DNA of 64,000 bases from an uncultured Pirellula sp. Lineage in GTDB: Bacteria; Planctomycetota; Planctomycetia; Pirellulales; PNKZ01. The DNA lies in assembly GCA_964633125.1 (NCBI GenBank), contig CAZWDN010000002.1, positions 2,104 through 66,103 of the forward strand. Reading direction: 5' to 3'. A program made the position numbers and the translations under genes. This document shows positions 28,281 to 41,261 of the stretch, piece after piece (position 1 is the stretch's first letter; the number at the start of each line of letters is the position of its first letter). The notes under the pieces were generated by a model. It saw only the letters and a list, made by a program, of their open reading frames with translations, had not been told where the DNA came from and searched no databases.

Positions 28281-30002
28281 CTATTTCGCGGCGGCGCCGG
28301 CCTTCGGCGGCGGAGTAAGTCCGTCGATCTTGAGCGTGCCGACGCGGTTCTCGTTCTTGAGATCGATCGTTCGAATCAGGTGATTGTTCGTATCGGCGAC
28401 ATATAGAACGTCGCCTCCGATCGAAATCCCCGCCGGTTCGTCAAACTGCGCCGGCGCGTCGGCGCTGCCGGGTTCGCGGGTTCCGACGACGGTCTTACAG
28501 GTAAACTTTGCGAGGTCGATCACCTTGATCTTGTTATTGTACGTGTCGGCGACATACAGCAGACCGTCGCGATAGGCGACGCCTAGCGGATGTTGCAGCA
28601 TGGCGACCGACTGCGGGCCGTCGCGATCGCCGAATTCAAATAAGCGATTGTTCGGCAGATGGGCGGTGCCGAGAGGAGTCTCAACTTGTTGTTTCACGTC
28701 GAACGGTACCGCGCGGATGGAGCTGCCTTCGCTATCGGCCACGAAGAGGCGCTTACCGTCGCTTGCCAAACCGCTCGGTTGCGCGAAGGAGCAAAAGCCT
28801 TCGACATACGGCTCATGCGGCAGCAAGCGACCGTCGACAATGTCTTCGCGACCGTTGCCGGCGTAGACCCCGATCTCAGTTTCGGTCAGCGGCATACGCC
28901 AAATCTGGTGTGGGCCGGCCATTGCGATATAGAGATCCTGCTCATGGACGAGAAGGTCCCAAGGGCTGTTGAGTTCCGTAAGGCGAGGTTTGCCGAAGAA
29001 CTTGCGCGGCATGCCGGTCGGCCAAGAGCGCGCCTGAACGCCGGTGCCGGCTACGATGCCCACCTGCTTCTTTTTCAAATCGACTTTGCGCAACATGTGG
29101 TTCTCGGTGTCGGCGACGTAGAGTACGTCGCCGACGAGCGCCATCCCTTGCGGATGGTTGAACGTAGTTTTGTTGTAATCGCCGCTGACTACGCCGATGG
29201 CACCGGTGCCGATGACCTCCTGTAGTTTGCCGGCGAGATCCGTGACGACGATGCGATTGTGATTGCTGTCGGCAATGAAAAGGCGATTGCCGGCGGCATC
29301 GGCCAAAACCTTGCCCGGAAAACGCAGCGGCGTGTCCTGAACCTTGGAATCTTCACGCACGAAGTCGAGCGGCTTCGGGTCGATCTTGCCCGCCGCTTTG
29401 TAGTAGGCGACCGCTTTCGACATCAACGGATTGAGTTGCTCAAACGTGAACTCCCCGCTGTGCTTGCCGACGATTCGGCCGTCGGGATCAATGAGCACGA
29501 GCGACGGCCAACTATTGATGAAGAACTCGTTCCAAATCGCCATTTTGTCGTCGTTGGCGACCGGATGTTCGATTTCGTAGCGGAGAATCGCTTCGGTGAT
29601 GTTCTTGGTGTCGCGCTCGTTATCGAATTTCGCCGAGTGTACGCCGATGACCACCAGTTCGTTCGGGTAGGCATGTTCGAGCTTTTTGAGTTCCGGAAGA
29701 ATGTGCATGCAGTTGATGCAGCAGTAGGTCCAGAAGTCTAAAAGTACAAACTTGCCGCGTAGTTGTTCCGGTTCAATCGGGCGGCCGGTGTTAAGCCATT
29801 GAATTTCCACGCCCGGCGTCGTCTGAAAGGCGGTGAGCACCTTGTTCTTGGAAATATCGCCGAAGGGATTTGTCGCGGCGGCTGCGGTTTTGGCCGCGGG
29901 CGCTTGTGCAGCCGCCATTCCCGTCGGCGAAACGATTCCGCAAACGAGCGCAATAAGTCCGACCGTAAAGCTCCCAGTCCGACGACGGCGACGACCCATC
30001 AT
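28281..30002 (-). CDS. Secreted thioredoxin-like domain + NHL-repeat beta-propeller protein
   Basis: It has a signal peptide (MMGRRRRRTGSFTVGLIALVCGIV), a redox motif FWTYCCINCMH, then repeated NHL-like units (LYVADTxNHxIR / LFIADSNHNRI). The start is set at the ATG complementary to 30000-30002. Confidence 0.8.
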   Translation of the reverse strand: MMGRRRRRTGSFTVGLIALVCGIVSPTGMAAAQAPAAKTAAAATNPFGDISKNKVLTAFQTTPGVEIQWLNTGRPIEPEQLRGKFVLLDFWTYCCINCMHILPELKKLEHAYPNELVVIGVHSAKFDNERDTKNITEAILRYEIEHPVANDDKMAIWNEFFINSWPSLVLIDPDGRIVGKHSGEFTFEQLNPLMSKAVAYYKAAGKIDPKPLDFVREDSKVQDTPLRFPGKVLADAAGNRLFIADSNHNRIVVTDLAGKLQEVIGTGAIGVVSGDYNKTTFNHPQGMALVGDVLYVADTENHMLRKVDLKKKQVGIVAGTGVQARSWPTGMPRKFFGKPRLTELNSPWDLLVHEQDLYIAMAGPHQIWRMPLTETEIGVYAGNGREDIVDGRLLPHEPYVEGFCSFAQPSGLASDGKRLFVADSEGSSIRAVPFDVKQQVETPLGTAHLPNNRLFEFGDRDGPQSVAMLQHPLGVAYRDGLLYVADTYNNKIKVIDLAKFTCKTVVGTREPGSADAPAQFDEPAGISIGGDVLYVADTNNHLIRTIDLKNENRVGTLKIDGLTPPPKAGAAAK

Positions 30003-30421
30003 GAAAGTGTCCTCCACGGCTATTGATGCCTGATGAACCAATATGGTAACGAATTTGGCAGCGCAAAAAAACGTCGCGGATGTCACAGCTTCGCTATCCT
30101 TCCTATTTGCGCAGCTGCATATTTGCGAGGCGCATGCGACCTTAACGACGGCGAAAGCATCGCGGATGAGGTGAACATGCGCGGCGGTGCGGGTCAAATT
30201 CGCTTTGTCGTTTTGGGCTGAAATCGCGATAATAGATAACGTGCGTGGAAATCCGCCGATTCAACGGCGACTACATTCGCACAGAATTTGCTCCGAAGAA
30301 AAGGGAAGGAAACGCGGCTGATCGGTGCGTAGGAACATTTCCGGCGTCGAGCCTGGGCTCGCCTTGGAAAAGCTTTGAACATCGACGGCGCCTCCACCCG
30401 TGGACGGCACCCGGGACATTG

Positions 30422-31519
30422 ATGCAGGCAGGACGCCTGAAGGATCGCCTTTACGCGACTGCTGTTCTTGTCCCTTTGATTCAGTGGGAGGTTTCCGTGT
30501 TTCGCAATCTTGCGATCGCTCTTTGTTGCGCGGCATCATTCAGCGCGCCGTTTGCCGCTTCGGCGCAGGCCGAAGATTGGGCTGCGAACATGTTCGACGA
30601 AGTCCGTCACGACTTCGGCAAAGTGGCCCGCGGCGGCAAGGCGGAGTTCTACTTTAAGTTTCGCAATCCGTATGTGGAAGACGTGCACGTGGCGTCGATC
30701 CGCTCGAGTTGCGGCTGCACGACTCCGCGGACCACGCAGGAGACGTTGAAGACCTACGAAGAAGCGGCGATCGTCGCTCATTTTAATACGGATACGTTTC
30801 TCGGCCAGCGTAGCGCCACGCTGACCGTGACGTTTGATAAGCCGTTCTACGCCGAAGTGCAGCTCCACGTGTCGGGCTATATTCGCAGCGATATCGTGCT
30901 CAACCCCGCGTCGGTGGATTTTGGAACGCTCGACGTCGGACAAACGGTGGAACGCACGATCGACCTGAGTTATGCGGGGCGAAGCGATTGGCAGATCACG
31001 GGAGTAAAAAGCGGTAGTTCGTTCGTCGAAGGGGATGTCGTCGAAACCGGCCGCTCCGGCAACCAAGTGAAGTACCAACTCAACGTGCGTCTCAAGCCGG
31101 GTGCGCCGACCGGGTTCTTGCGGGAGCAAGTGCTGTTGCAAACGACGGATGCTCGGGCGCCGGAACTACCGATTGACGTGGAAGGAAAAATTTCCGCCCC
31201 CCTGGCGGTGAGCCCAAGTTCGCTGTTCCTCGGCATCTTGCAGCCGGGGCAGAAGGTAACCAAGCAAATTGTCGTGCAGGGAAAGACGCCGTTTAAGATT
31301 ACGGGCGTCACGGCCTCGGAAAAATGCTTCGAGTTTAAAACCGGCGACACGGCGAAGACCGTGCATATCGTGCCGGTGGTTTTCACGGCCGGCCAACAAG
31401 GGGGTAACGTTAACTTTCGCATTCAGATCGAAACCGATCTCGGCGCGGAAGTGATGACGGAGATCTCGGCGTACGCCCAGATCAATCCGGCGACGACGGC
31501 TCAGTTGAATAGCCAATGA
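30422..31519 (+). CDS. DUF1573-domain secreted protein
   Basis: HDFGKVARGGKAEFYFKFRNPYVEDVHVASIRSSCGCTTP is the DUF1573 signature, preceded by a signal peptide (LAIALCCAASFSAPFAASAQA). An alternative GTG start at 30497 is preceded by GGGAGG. Confidence 0.75.
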   Translation: MQAGRLKDRLYATAVLVPLIQWEVSVFRNLAIALCCAASFSAPFAASAQAEDWAANMFDEVRHDFGKVARGGKAEFYFKFRNPYVEDVHVASIRSSCGCTTPRTTQETLKTYEEAAIVAHFNTDTFLGQRSATLTVTFDKPFYAEVQLHVSGYIRSDIVLNPASVDFGTLDVGQTVERTIDLSYAGRSDWQITGVKSGSSFVEGDVVETGRSGNQVKYQLNVRLKPGAPTGFLREQVLLQTTDARAPELPIDVEGKISAPLAVSPSSLFLGILQPGQKVTKQIVVQGKTPFKITGVTASEKCFEFKTGDTAKTVHIVPVVFTAGQQGGNVNFRIQIETDLGAEVMTEISAYAQINPATTAQLNSQ

Positions 31520-31554
31520 GCGATTGCGGTCGTCAGACAAGAACAGTGTAAGCG

Positions 31555-31589
31555 AGCGGCGGGCCTAAAGCCCGCCGCTTGTTTTTTTT
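31555..31589 (+). terminator. Rho-independent terminator downstream of the DUF1573 gene
   Basis: A perfect 10-bp GC-rich stem (AGCGGCGGGC-CTAAA-GCCCGCCGCT) is followed by TGTTTTTTTT. The hairpin also contains the last codons and the stop of the convergent minus-strand ORF. Confidence 0.75.
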
Positions 31590-31807
31590 CCCGACGACCC
31601 GGCGGCCGGAGCGGGCATTTGAAGGTCGATGACGACCGGTTGTCCGGTCGACGCCGAACCGCACGAGCCGCAATTGCCGCAGGCGTTTTGCTTTCCGGAA
31701 GCGCCGCCGCGCAGCACGCCGACGAGTCGCCATAGGCCGCGCAAGACATAGGTCGACGCCGCGGCGATGAGCAGATAGACGACGAGATTCTGCCAGTCGA
31801 AGTTCAT
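31565..31807 (-). CDS. FeoB-associated Cys-rich small membrane protein
   Basis: One N-terminal TM helix (NLVVYLLIAAASTYVL) is followed by CGNCGSCGS. It lies 19 nt downstream of feoB on the same strand. Confidence 0.6.
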   Translation of the reverse strand: MNFDWQNLVVYLLIAAASTYVLRGLWRLVGVLRGGASGKQNACGNCGSCGSASTGQPVVIDLQMPAPAAGSSGKKTSGGL

Positions 31808-31826
31808 AGTGGGCCTCGCGCGTATT

Positions 31827-34058
31827 CTACCCGACGAGTCGCGAAGCGACCTGAAATGTAACCAGGGCCGCGGCATAAGCGAGGCCGGTCATATAGGTGA
31901 ATGTGAAGAGCGGCCAGCGCCAGGTGTTGGTTTCGCGCTTGATCACGGCCAGCGTCGCCGCACATTGGGCGCACAGCGCGAAGAAGACCATGAGCGATAG
32001 AGCGGTCGGGATGCCGAACACGGGCCGATCGGTGCCGGCCCACCGTGCCGACTCCAAGGCTTGCTGCAACCGCGTCCGTCCGGCTTCTTCTTCCGTGTCG
32101 ACTTCACCGACGTCGTATAGGATGCCGAGCGTCGCCACGACCACCTCGCGCGCCGGGAACGAAGCGATGGCGGCCGCCCCGACGCGCCAATCCCAGCCGA
32201 GCGGACGGACGATCGGCTCGACGGCGTGTCCCATTCGACCGAGATAGCTTTGTCGCTGATATTCCCCTTCGATGTGAGCGTCGAGCGCGGCGAGTTGTTC
32301 CTCGGCCGCGGTTTTGGTTTCCGAACCGGGCGGCGCCGCTTCGAGCTGGTTCTCCAGCGCGGTCCGTTGCGCGGCATAGGGCGCTTCGACCACGGCGGCA
32401 TCATGCGGGTAGTACAGCGCCGCCCAGACGATGATCGACACGGCGACGATGAGCGTTCCGGCGTTCTTCACGAAGGCCCAACCGCGATCGAGCATGCGAT
32501 AGACGACCGTTCGCGGCGACGGCATTTTGTAGCTGGGGAGTTCGAGCACGAACGGCGGCGTCGGTCCGCGCAATAGCGTACGCTTCAGAGTGAACGCCAC
32601 GACCACGGCCGCCAGAATGCCGACGAGGTACATGCTGAACATCACGAAACCTTGCAGACTCACGACGCCGAGCAATTTACGCTGCGGGATAAACGCGGCA
32701 ATCATCAGCGTATAGACGGGCAATCTCGCGCTGCAACTCATCAGCGGCGCGATGAGCATCGTCGTCAGCCGGTCGCGGCGGTTCTCAATGACGCGCGTCG
32801 CCATGACTCCCGGAATCGCGCAGGCGAACGACGACAGCAACGGGATGAACGATTTGCCGCTTAGCCCGACGCGCACCATCAACTTATCCATCAGGTACGC
32901 GGCGCGGGCCATGTAGCCGCAATCTTCGAGAATTCCGATAAAGAGAAAGAGGATGAGCACCTGCGGCAGGAAAACAATGACGCCGCCGACGCCGCCGATC
33001 ACGCCGTCGACGAGTAGGCTTCGCAGTGCCCCGTCGGCCATGTGCGACGATACGAACTCCGCAACAACGCCGACTCCGGAATCGATCGCATCCATGACGG
33101 GGCCGGCCCACGTAAACACGGCCTGAAATACGACGATCATCAGCGCCGTGAAGATCAAGGTTCCCCACACCCGGTGAGTGATCACCCGGTCGACGCGGTC
33201 GGTCGCCGTTTCGCGGCGGACTTCCGCGCGCCGCACGACGCCGTCGAGTAGTTTGCCGACCCAGCCGTAGCGGGCCATCGCTTCGACGGCGGGCACCGGC
33301 TGGCCGGCCTTCTTCAGTCGATCGCGGGCCGCTTGCAGTTTCTCGCGCAGCGAAACGTCGCCGGCGGGCAGCAGGCGCTCGGCGAGATAGCCCGAAGTGT
33401 CTAAGAGCAAGCGTTCGACGAGATAACGGGGCCGCGGCCGGCCGTCGACGTCGTTGCCCAGGGTCTGCTCCAAATCCGCGACTTCGGCCTGAAACGTCGC
33501 CGAAAAAGGACTCTCGCCGGCGGCCGGACGCAGCGTAGGCACGCCGGTCAGGGTTTTTCGGAGGCGGTCGAGGCCGATGCCGCGATGCGCCTGTACTTCG
33601 ACGACCGGCACGCCGAGCCGCTCGGCCAGCGCGGCGGAGTCGATGGTGATGCCGCGCGTCGCGGCGATGTCGACCATGTTGAGTGCGACGACCGTCGGCA
33701 GGCCCAACTCGAGTACTTGGCTGACGAGATAAAGGTTGCGCTCAAGGTTGCCTGCGTCGACGATGCAGAGCACGGCGTCGAGCCGATCGGCTTCCGCCTG
33801 CCTGCCGAGCAACAGGTCGACCGCCACCATTTCATCGGGCGATCGCGGCGCAAGGCTGTACGTGCCGGGCAGGTCGACGATCGCGAGCGCAGTCCCGTCG
33901 TGCGTGAAGCGGCCTACCTTCTTCTCGACCGTGACGCCCGGATAGTTGCCCACCTGCTGACGCACGCCCGCGAGCGCCGTGAATAGCGTCGACTTGCCGG
34001 TATTGGGATTTCCGACCAGGGCGATGGTTAAATGTTTGGCGGAGACCGGCGTCGTCAT
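31827..34058 (-). CDS. feoB: Ferrous iron transporter FeoB
   Basis: The N-terminal G-domain reads IALVGNPNTGKSTLFTALAG ... DLPGTYSL. A large polytopic membrane domain follows. Confidence 0.95.
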   Translation of the reverse strand: MTTPVSAKHLTIALVGNPNTGKSTLFTALAGVRQQVGNYPGVTVEKKVGRFTHDGTALAIVDLPGTYSLAPRSPDEMVAVDLLLGRQAEADRLDAVLCIVDAGNLERNLYLVSQVLELGLPTVVALNMVDIAATRGITIDSAALAERLGVPVVEVQAHRGIGLDRLRKTLTGVPTLRPAAGESPFSATFQAEVADLEQTLGNDVDGRPRPRYLVERLLLDTSGYLAERLLPAGDVSLREKLQAARDRLKKAGQPVPAVEAMARYGWVGKLLDGVVRRAEVRRETATDRVDRVITHRVWGTLIFTALMIVVFQAVFTWAGPVMDAIDSGVGVVAEFVSSHMADGALRSLLVDGVIGGVGGVIVFLPQVLILFLFIGILEDCGYMARAAYLMDKLMVRVGLSGKSFIPLLSSFACAIPGVMATRVIENRRDRLTTMLIAPLMSCSARLPVYTLMIAAFIPQRKLLGVVSLQGFVMFSMYLVGILAAVVVAFTLKRTLLRGPTPPFVLELPSYKMPSPRTVVYRMLDRGWAFVKNAGTLIVAVSIIVWAALYYPHDAAVVEAPYAAQRTALENQLEAAPPGSETKTAAEEQLAALDAHIEGEYQRQSYLGRMGHAVEPIVRPLGWDWRVGAAAIASFPAREVVVATLGILYDVGEVDTEEEAGRTRLQQALESARWAGTDRPVFGIPTALSLMVFFALCAQCAATLAVIKRETNTWRWPLFTFTYMTGLAYAAALVTFQVASRLVG

Positions 34059-34098
34059 GCGGCAAGGCTCGTGATGGTCGGTGGCGCTCGGCGAGCGG

Positions 34099-34326
34099 TC
34101 ATTGCGCGGAAATCGTGATGCGTTGCGCTTCGCTCTTGCGAATGCTTAGCCGGTAGCCGCGGAGCTCAAATTCCAACGGATCGCCGAGCGGCGCGGCGCC
34201 CAGCAGCCGCATCTCCACGCCCGGCGTGATGCCCATTTCCAAGAGGCGGACACACACGTCGTCGTCGCCGACGACTTCGGCAACCCGCGCCGACTGCCCG
34301 ACTTTCAGCGCCGCCAAAGTGCTCAT
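34099..34326 (-). CDS. feoA: FeoA-family protein (copy 2 in operon order)
   Basis: LAALKVGQSARVAEVVGDDDVCVRLLEMGITPGVEMRLLG has an SH3-like FeoA pattern. Confidence 0.9.
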   Translation of the reverse strand: MSTLAALKVGQSARVAEVVGDDDVCVRLLEMGITPGVEMRLLGAAPLGDPLEFELRGYRLSIRKSEAQRITISAQ

Positions 34327-34559
34327 GCGTTTTCCTCGGGGGCGACTAAGACGGAGAGCAGTTCATCGGCGCGAAAGCACAGCTTGTGGCCCCCCAGCCG
34401 AACGATGCAAGGAACGCCGCTCTGGACCATTTCGACGCTTGTGCCCTCGCGCAGGCCGAGCTCTTCCAACCGATGCACGGCCTCGGGCAGGCCGAGCACT
34501 GCGCCAATCGAACCGCGTCGACCGGTCGGGAGCTGCGACAGAGGGATTAAGTCGTGCAT
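34323..34559 (-). CDS. feoA: FeoA-family protein (copy 1 in operon order)
   Basis: LSQLPTGRRGSIGAVLGLPEAVHRLEELGLREGTSVEMV. There is an ATGA-type overlap with the downstream feoA. The start is set at the ATG complementary to 34557-34559. Confidence 0.85.
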   Translation of the reverse strand: MHDLIPLSQLPTGRRGSIGAVLGLPEAVHRLEELGLREGTSVEMVQSGVPCIVRLGGHKLCFRADELLSVLVAPEENA

Positions 34560-34579
34560 GATGGGGACGAAAGATGTTA

Positions 34580-34598
34580 TTTCGATTTCAGATCGGAA
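34580..34598 (-). promoter_or_regulatory. Candidate metalloregulator operator in the AT-rich patch upstream of the feo operon
   Basis: An imperfect inverted repeat (TTTCGAT-TTCAG-ATCGGAA) sits in an unusually AT-rich ~40-nt stretch, 20-40 nt upstream of the first feoA start. It does not match the E. coli Fur box closely. Confidence 0.2.
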
Positions 34599-34802
34599 TT
34601 TACTGAGACTTCGTCTCACGCAATATGTCGGCGTCGTTTCATCGTTTGCGAACAGGGGGACGCCGCCGCGTTTGCGGCGAGCGCGCGGGATGGCGAAAGA
34701 GTCGCCGGAGGAGTCGCCTCTATCTCCTAAGAGACTAACATTCGCCGCGGCAATCGGCAATCGCCCGGTCGCGGGCCCTGTGCGGAGCCGTAGCGCTTGT
34801 GG

Positions 34803-36410
34803 TCAACGGGGGCCGGTAGCGGGCGGGTAATCGTGCTCGTGTCGGAATCCGTCCTCCAAGACTTGCATGACTGCGAGGGTAGCGTCGTCGCGCCAAAGAC
34901 GTCCGGCGACTTGGACTCCGACCGGTAGGCCGATGCTGCCGTCGTCGATTCGGCGGGCCGTGGCGGCGACCAATTCCTTCGACAACGGCCGCTCCGTGTC
35001 TTCGCCAGGCCGCACGCGCGACGCCGCCACCGTGCCGCACGGGACTCCCAGCAAGCTCGGCACGAACGCATAAACATAGGACGGCAGAATTTCGTTCGAA
35101 GTACGATGGAGCAGGGCCGGCAGGCCGTTGACCGGGGCGAGCACGACGTCGATTCTCTCGCGATGCAATTGCGCCGTCGCTTCGCGAACGTAGTCTTTGC
35201 GCTTTTGGACCAGCCCCCAATACTCGGCCGCATTGCAGCCGCGACAATAGCGCAGGGCCTTCGCGCGCCAAGGCTGGCCGAGGCGTTCAAGTATTGCGCT
35301 GAAGAGTTTCCGTTGCCAGTCGGGCATGCCCCAGACTTGGATCGAGCGAGCGACGTTCGCGGTCGGGCGATCACCGTCGAGCGTGCGCCGCACGTTGGCC
35401 GCGCCGCTCGCGGAAATGAGCTGCAAGCAGAGGAGCCAGCCTTGCTCGCTGTCGTGCGGTTGAAACGAAACGACTTCGGCGCCGGCTCGCCGCATGATGT
35501 CGCCCGCTTGTCGGACGACGCGTCGAATGGCGGGCGACGGCGTAAACATCGGGTCGGTCTCCCAAAGACCGATACGCAGTCGCGAGACGTCGACTTGAGC
35601 CGGGTCGCGCCACGCGAACGGCACCGTGTAGGGGTCGTCGCCGTGGTGATAGACGTCGTGATGCGGAATGTCTCTGGCGTGCGCTAAAACCTCCATGAAC
35701 GCTCGGACATCGCACATGTGACGCGCCAGGGGGCCCGGCTGCGCCACGATGGCTTCCATTCCGCCGAGGCAGTTCCGAGCGCCGACCATGGAAAAACGCG
35801 GCATCGTCGGTTTGAAGCCGTGAATGCCGCAGGCATGCGCCGGTTGGCGAATGCTGCCGAGTAGGTCGCTCCCGAGGCCGATGGCCGACATGTGCGCCGC
35901 CACCGCCGCGGATTCACCACCGCTACTGCCGCCCGGGCCGCGATCGTCGCGCTCCGGATGCAGCGTCCGTCCGTAGACGAAGTTGTCGGTGTCGGAGCTA
36001 AGCATATATTGCGGCACGTTTGTCTTACCGACGATCACGGCGTCGGCCGCGCGCAACTGCCGCACGATCGGCCCTTCAGACGTCGCCCGATACGGATTGC
36101 GGGCCGCGATGCCGAGCGTCGTCGCCGTGCCGAGCACGTCGAACGATTCCTTGATCGTCAGGGGGACGCCGGCGAGCCGACCGAGCGGCTCGCCCCGGGA
36201 TCGGGCCTTATCAATCTTGCACGCCGTCGCGCGAGCTGCGTCGTAGAGCGGGGCGACGATTGCGTTGAGGTGCGGATTTCTTTCCGCTATGCGCCGGAGA
36301 TAGGCCTCGGTAACTTCGGCGGCGCTCCAGTGGCCCGATCGTACGGCATCGGCCAAGGCCACGGCGGAAAGCGACGTGATTTCGTCGCGCGAATTCGGGG
36401 CGATGCTCAT
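34803..36410 (-). CDS. Amidase-signature family amidohydrolase
   Basis: It has the GGSSGGESAAVAA signature, a K...S-cis-S...S catalytic context, and a length typical of GatA-like amidases. Confidence 0.85.
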   Translation of the reverse strand: MSIAPNSRDEITSLSAVALADAVRSGHWSAAEVTEAYLRRIAERNPHLNAIVAPLYDAARATACKIDKARSRGEPLGRLAGVPLTIKESFDVLGTATTLGIAARNPYRATSEGPIVRQLRAADAVIVGKTNVPQYMLSSDTDNFVYGRTLHPERDDRGPGGSSGGESAAVAAHMSAIGLGSDLLGSIRQPAHACGIHGFKPTMPRFSMVGARNCLGGMEAIVAQPGPLARHMCDVRAFMEVLAHARDIPHHDVYHHGDDPYTVPFAWRDPAQVDVSRLRIGLWETDPMFTPSPAIRRVVRQAGDIMRRAGAEVVSFQPHDSEQGWLLCLQLISASGAANVRRTLDGDRPTANVARSIQVWGMPDWQRKLFSAILERLGQPWRAKALRYCRGCNAAEYWGLVQKRKDYVREATAQLHRERIDVVLAPVNGLPALLHRTSNEILPSYVYAFVPSLLGVPCGTVAASRVRPGEDTERPLSKELVAATARRIDDGSIGLPVGVQVAGRLWRDDATLAVMQVLEDGFRHEHDYPPATGPR

Positions 36411-36558
36411 GGTCGTCGATGCGGCTCCTGGCTCGCGTTCCAGCGTAACATAGCCGTCGACAAATGTCGTCCGGTCCGTCTTTCAATCTGGACCAGTTGT
36501 AACGACTCGGCCCCGCTCTACTGTGCGACGCCGGGCCGGTTTGTTAGCATCGGGGGCT

Positions 36559-39171
<2,613 letters not shown>

Positions 39172-39205
39172 CGTCGTTGGCGCCGATTCCGAGAAACGGT
39201 CTCCG

Positions 39206-39976
39206 ATGAAATATGCGGATTGGATGGCGAGCATGACGACGTTGCTGCGGCGCGGAGTGCGGAACGTGGGAGACGTCGTCTTTCCCGCCGTCTGTGCCTA
39301 TTGCGATGCGGATATTGCCGTGGACGCGGATCCCGAGCGGCTTTGTCCCGTGTGCCTTTCGAAGTTGTTCGAGCCTCCGTCGCATCGCTGTCCCAAATGC
39401 GCCGCCCAGGTTGCCGAGACGTTTCAAGGGCCCGACTGTCCTTGGTGCCGCGAGCATGACTTACGCTTCGATCAGGCGTATACACTCGGACGATATTCCG
39501 ACGACTTGCGTGAGGCGGTGTTGCGACTGAAGCATGCCGGAGAAGAGTCGTTGGCGACCGGCCTCGCACGGCTGCTCGTCGAGCGGCATGCCTCGGCTTG
39601 GGAATCGGCGGAGATCGACGTCGTCGTCCCGATTCCGATGCATTGGTGGCGGCGGGCTTGGCAAGGCCACAACGGCCCCGATCTGACGGCAGCGCTGATT
39701 GCACGGAGATTAAAGGTTTACGACTACCCCCGACTATTGTGCCGCAATCGCCGGACGCGGCCGCAAGCCGGCCTTTCGCGTCCGGAGCGGCGGGATAATG
39801 TGCGTGGCTGTTTTTCATTGCGACGCGGCTACCACGTCGACGGGGCGAAGGTACTTCTAGTCGATGATATTCTCACGACCGGAGCCACATGTTCCGAGGC
39901 GGCCCGCACGCTGAAGCGTGCCGGTGCGGCGAGTGTTTCTGTTGCCGTGTTGGGACGGGCGCAAGGAGAGGTGTGA
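39206..39976 (+). CDS. comF: ComF-family phosphoribosyltransferase-domain protein
   Basis: It has N-terminal Cys pairs (CxxC...CPxC, CPKC...CPWC) and a C-terminal PRTase motif (VLLVDDILTTGAT). Confidence 0.85.
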   Translation: MKYADWMASMTTLLRRGVRNVGDVVFPAVCAYCDADIAVDADPERLCPVCLSKLFEPPSHRCPKCAAQVAETFQGPDCPWCREHDLRFDQAYTLGRYSDDLREAVLRLKHAGEESLATGLARLLVERHASAWESAEIDVVVPIPMHWWRRAWQGHNGPDLTAALIARRLKVYDYPRLLCRNRRTRPQAGLSRPERRDNVRGCFSLRRGYHVDGAKVLLVDDILTTGATCSEAARTLKRAGAASVSVAVLGRAQGEV

Positions 39977-40115
39977 CGCGCGGTGCTGCGTGGTTATATT
40001 GTAGAGCCGCCGTCGAAAACGCTGCGGCGATCTGGTCCCCTCGCTTGTGCGTCGGGACGAGTGTCGAAAGTTATGCATTCCGGCCCGAGCCCTGAACCCT
40101 GAACGTCGAACCGTT

Positions 40116-41063
40116 ATGCCGCAGCCCTTACGACTTGGTACCCGTGGAAGTCCGCTTGCCCGTTGGCAGGCCGAGTGGACCGCCGGAGAGTTGCGTAGGT
40201 TGGGGTTCGACGTAGAGTTGGTTCCGATCACCACGAGCGGCGATCGCCAGCAAACCGGCTCGATCGGCGCCATCGGCACCCAGGGCGTCTTCACGAAAGA
40301 ACTGCAACGGGCTTTGCTCGACGGCGCTATCGACTTCGCCGTACATAGCCTCAAAGATTTGCCGACGGAGCATGTCGAGCGGCTGACGCTGGCGGCGGTG
40401 CCGGCTCGCGGACCCGTGGGAGATTGCCTGGTGTCGACCCGTTATGCTTCGCTCGATGAATTGCCGCAGGGAGCAATCGTCGGTACGGGGAGCCATCGCC
40501 GCCGAGCCCAGTTATTGCATGCTCGTCCCGATTTGAAGATGGAAGACGTGCGCGGCAACGTCGACACGCGGTTGCGAAAACTAGCGGAAGGACAATATGC
40601 CGCCATCATTCTTGCCGAGGCGGGCTTAATCCGCTTGCAACTCGACGGCCACATTACGCAAGTGTTGCCCCGGGCGATGGTGCTTCCCGCCGTAGGGCAG
40701 GGGGCTTTGGGAATCGAGGCCCGTGCCGACGACGAAGCGACGTTGTCGGCACTGCGATTGCTCGACGACGACGGCACGCACGCGGCCGTAGTCGCCGAGC
40801 GGAGCATGCTTCATCATTTGCTAGGCGGGTGTTTGGCTCCCGTCGGCGGCTGGGCCCGCGTCGAAGACGACGGCACGTTGCATCTGAGCGGCGTCGTGCT
40901 CCGCGCCGACGGCGGTGAACGACTGTTCGTGCATCACATCGGCGATGTCGACGAGGCGGAGGAGTTGGGTCGTACGGCGGCCGAAGAACTTCTCAGCCTC
41001 GGTGCGGCCCGGCTCATCGCCGACTCGCGCGGCACGGGCGGCCACACGGCGCCGCAAGCCTAG
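40116..41063 (+). CDS. hemC: Hydroxymethylbilane synthase (porphobilinogen deaminase)
   Basis: LRLGTRGSPLARWQAEW ... HSLKDLP ... RGNVDTRLRKL ... AVGQGALGIE. Confidence 0.93.
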   Translation: MPQPLRLGTRGSPLARWQAEWTAGELRRLGFDVELVPITTSGDRQQTGSIGAIGTQGVFTKELQRALLDGAIDFAVHSLKDLPTEHVERLTLAAVPARGPVGDCLVSTRYASLDELPQGAIVGTGSHRRRAQLLHARPDLKMEDVRGNVDTRLRKLAEGQYAAIILAEAGLIRLQLDGHITQVLPRAMVLPAVGQGALGIEARADDEATLSALRLLDDDGTHAAVVAERSMLHHLLGGCLAPVGGWARVEDDGTLHLSGVVLRADGGERLFVHHIGDVDEAEELGRTAAEELLSLGAARLIADSRGTGGHTAPQA

Positions 41064-41261
41064 GAACGTGCAACCTCTCGCCGCAGCCGCATTTTCGCTT
41101 GCGGCCGATTCTGCGCGGTATCGGCAGACTTCGCGCTTGGCAACCGCAATGGGGCATTGCCGGCAGGCACGTGCTTCATCGACGAATCTCATGGCGTTTC
41201 CTCGCGTTCTCGCGGTGCAAACGCTGCCGGCAAGTTGGCCACGAGCATCCAGGAGGAGTTC

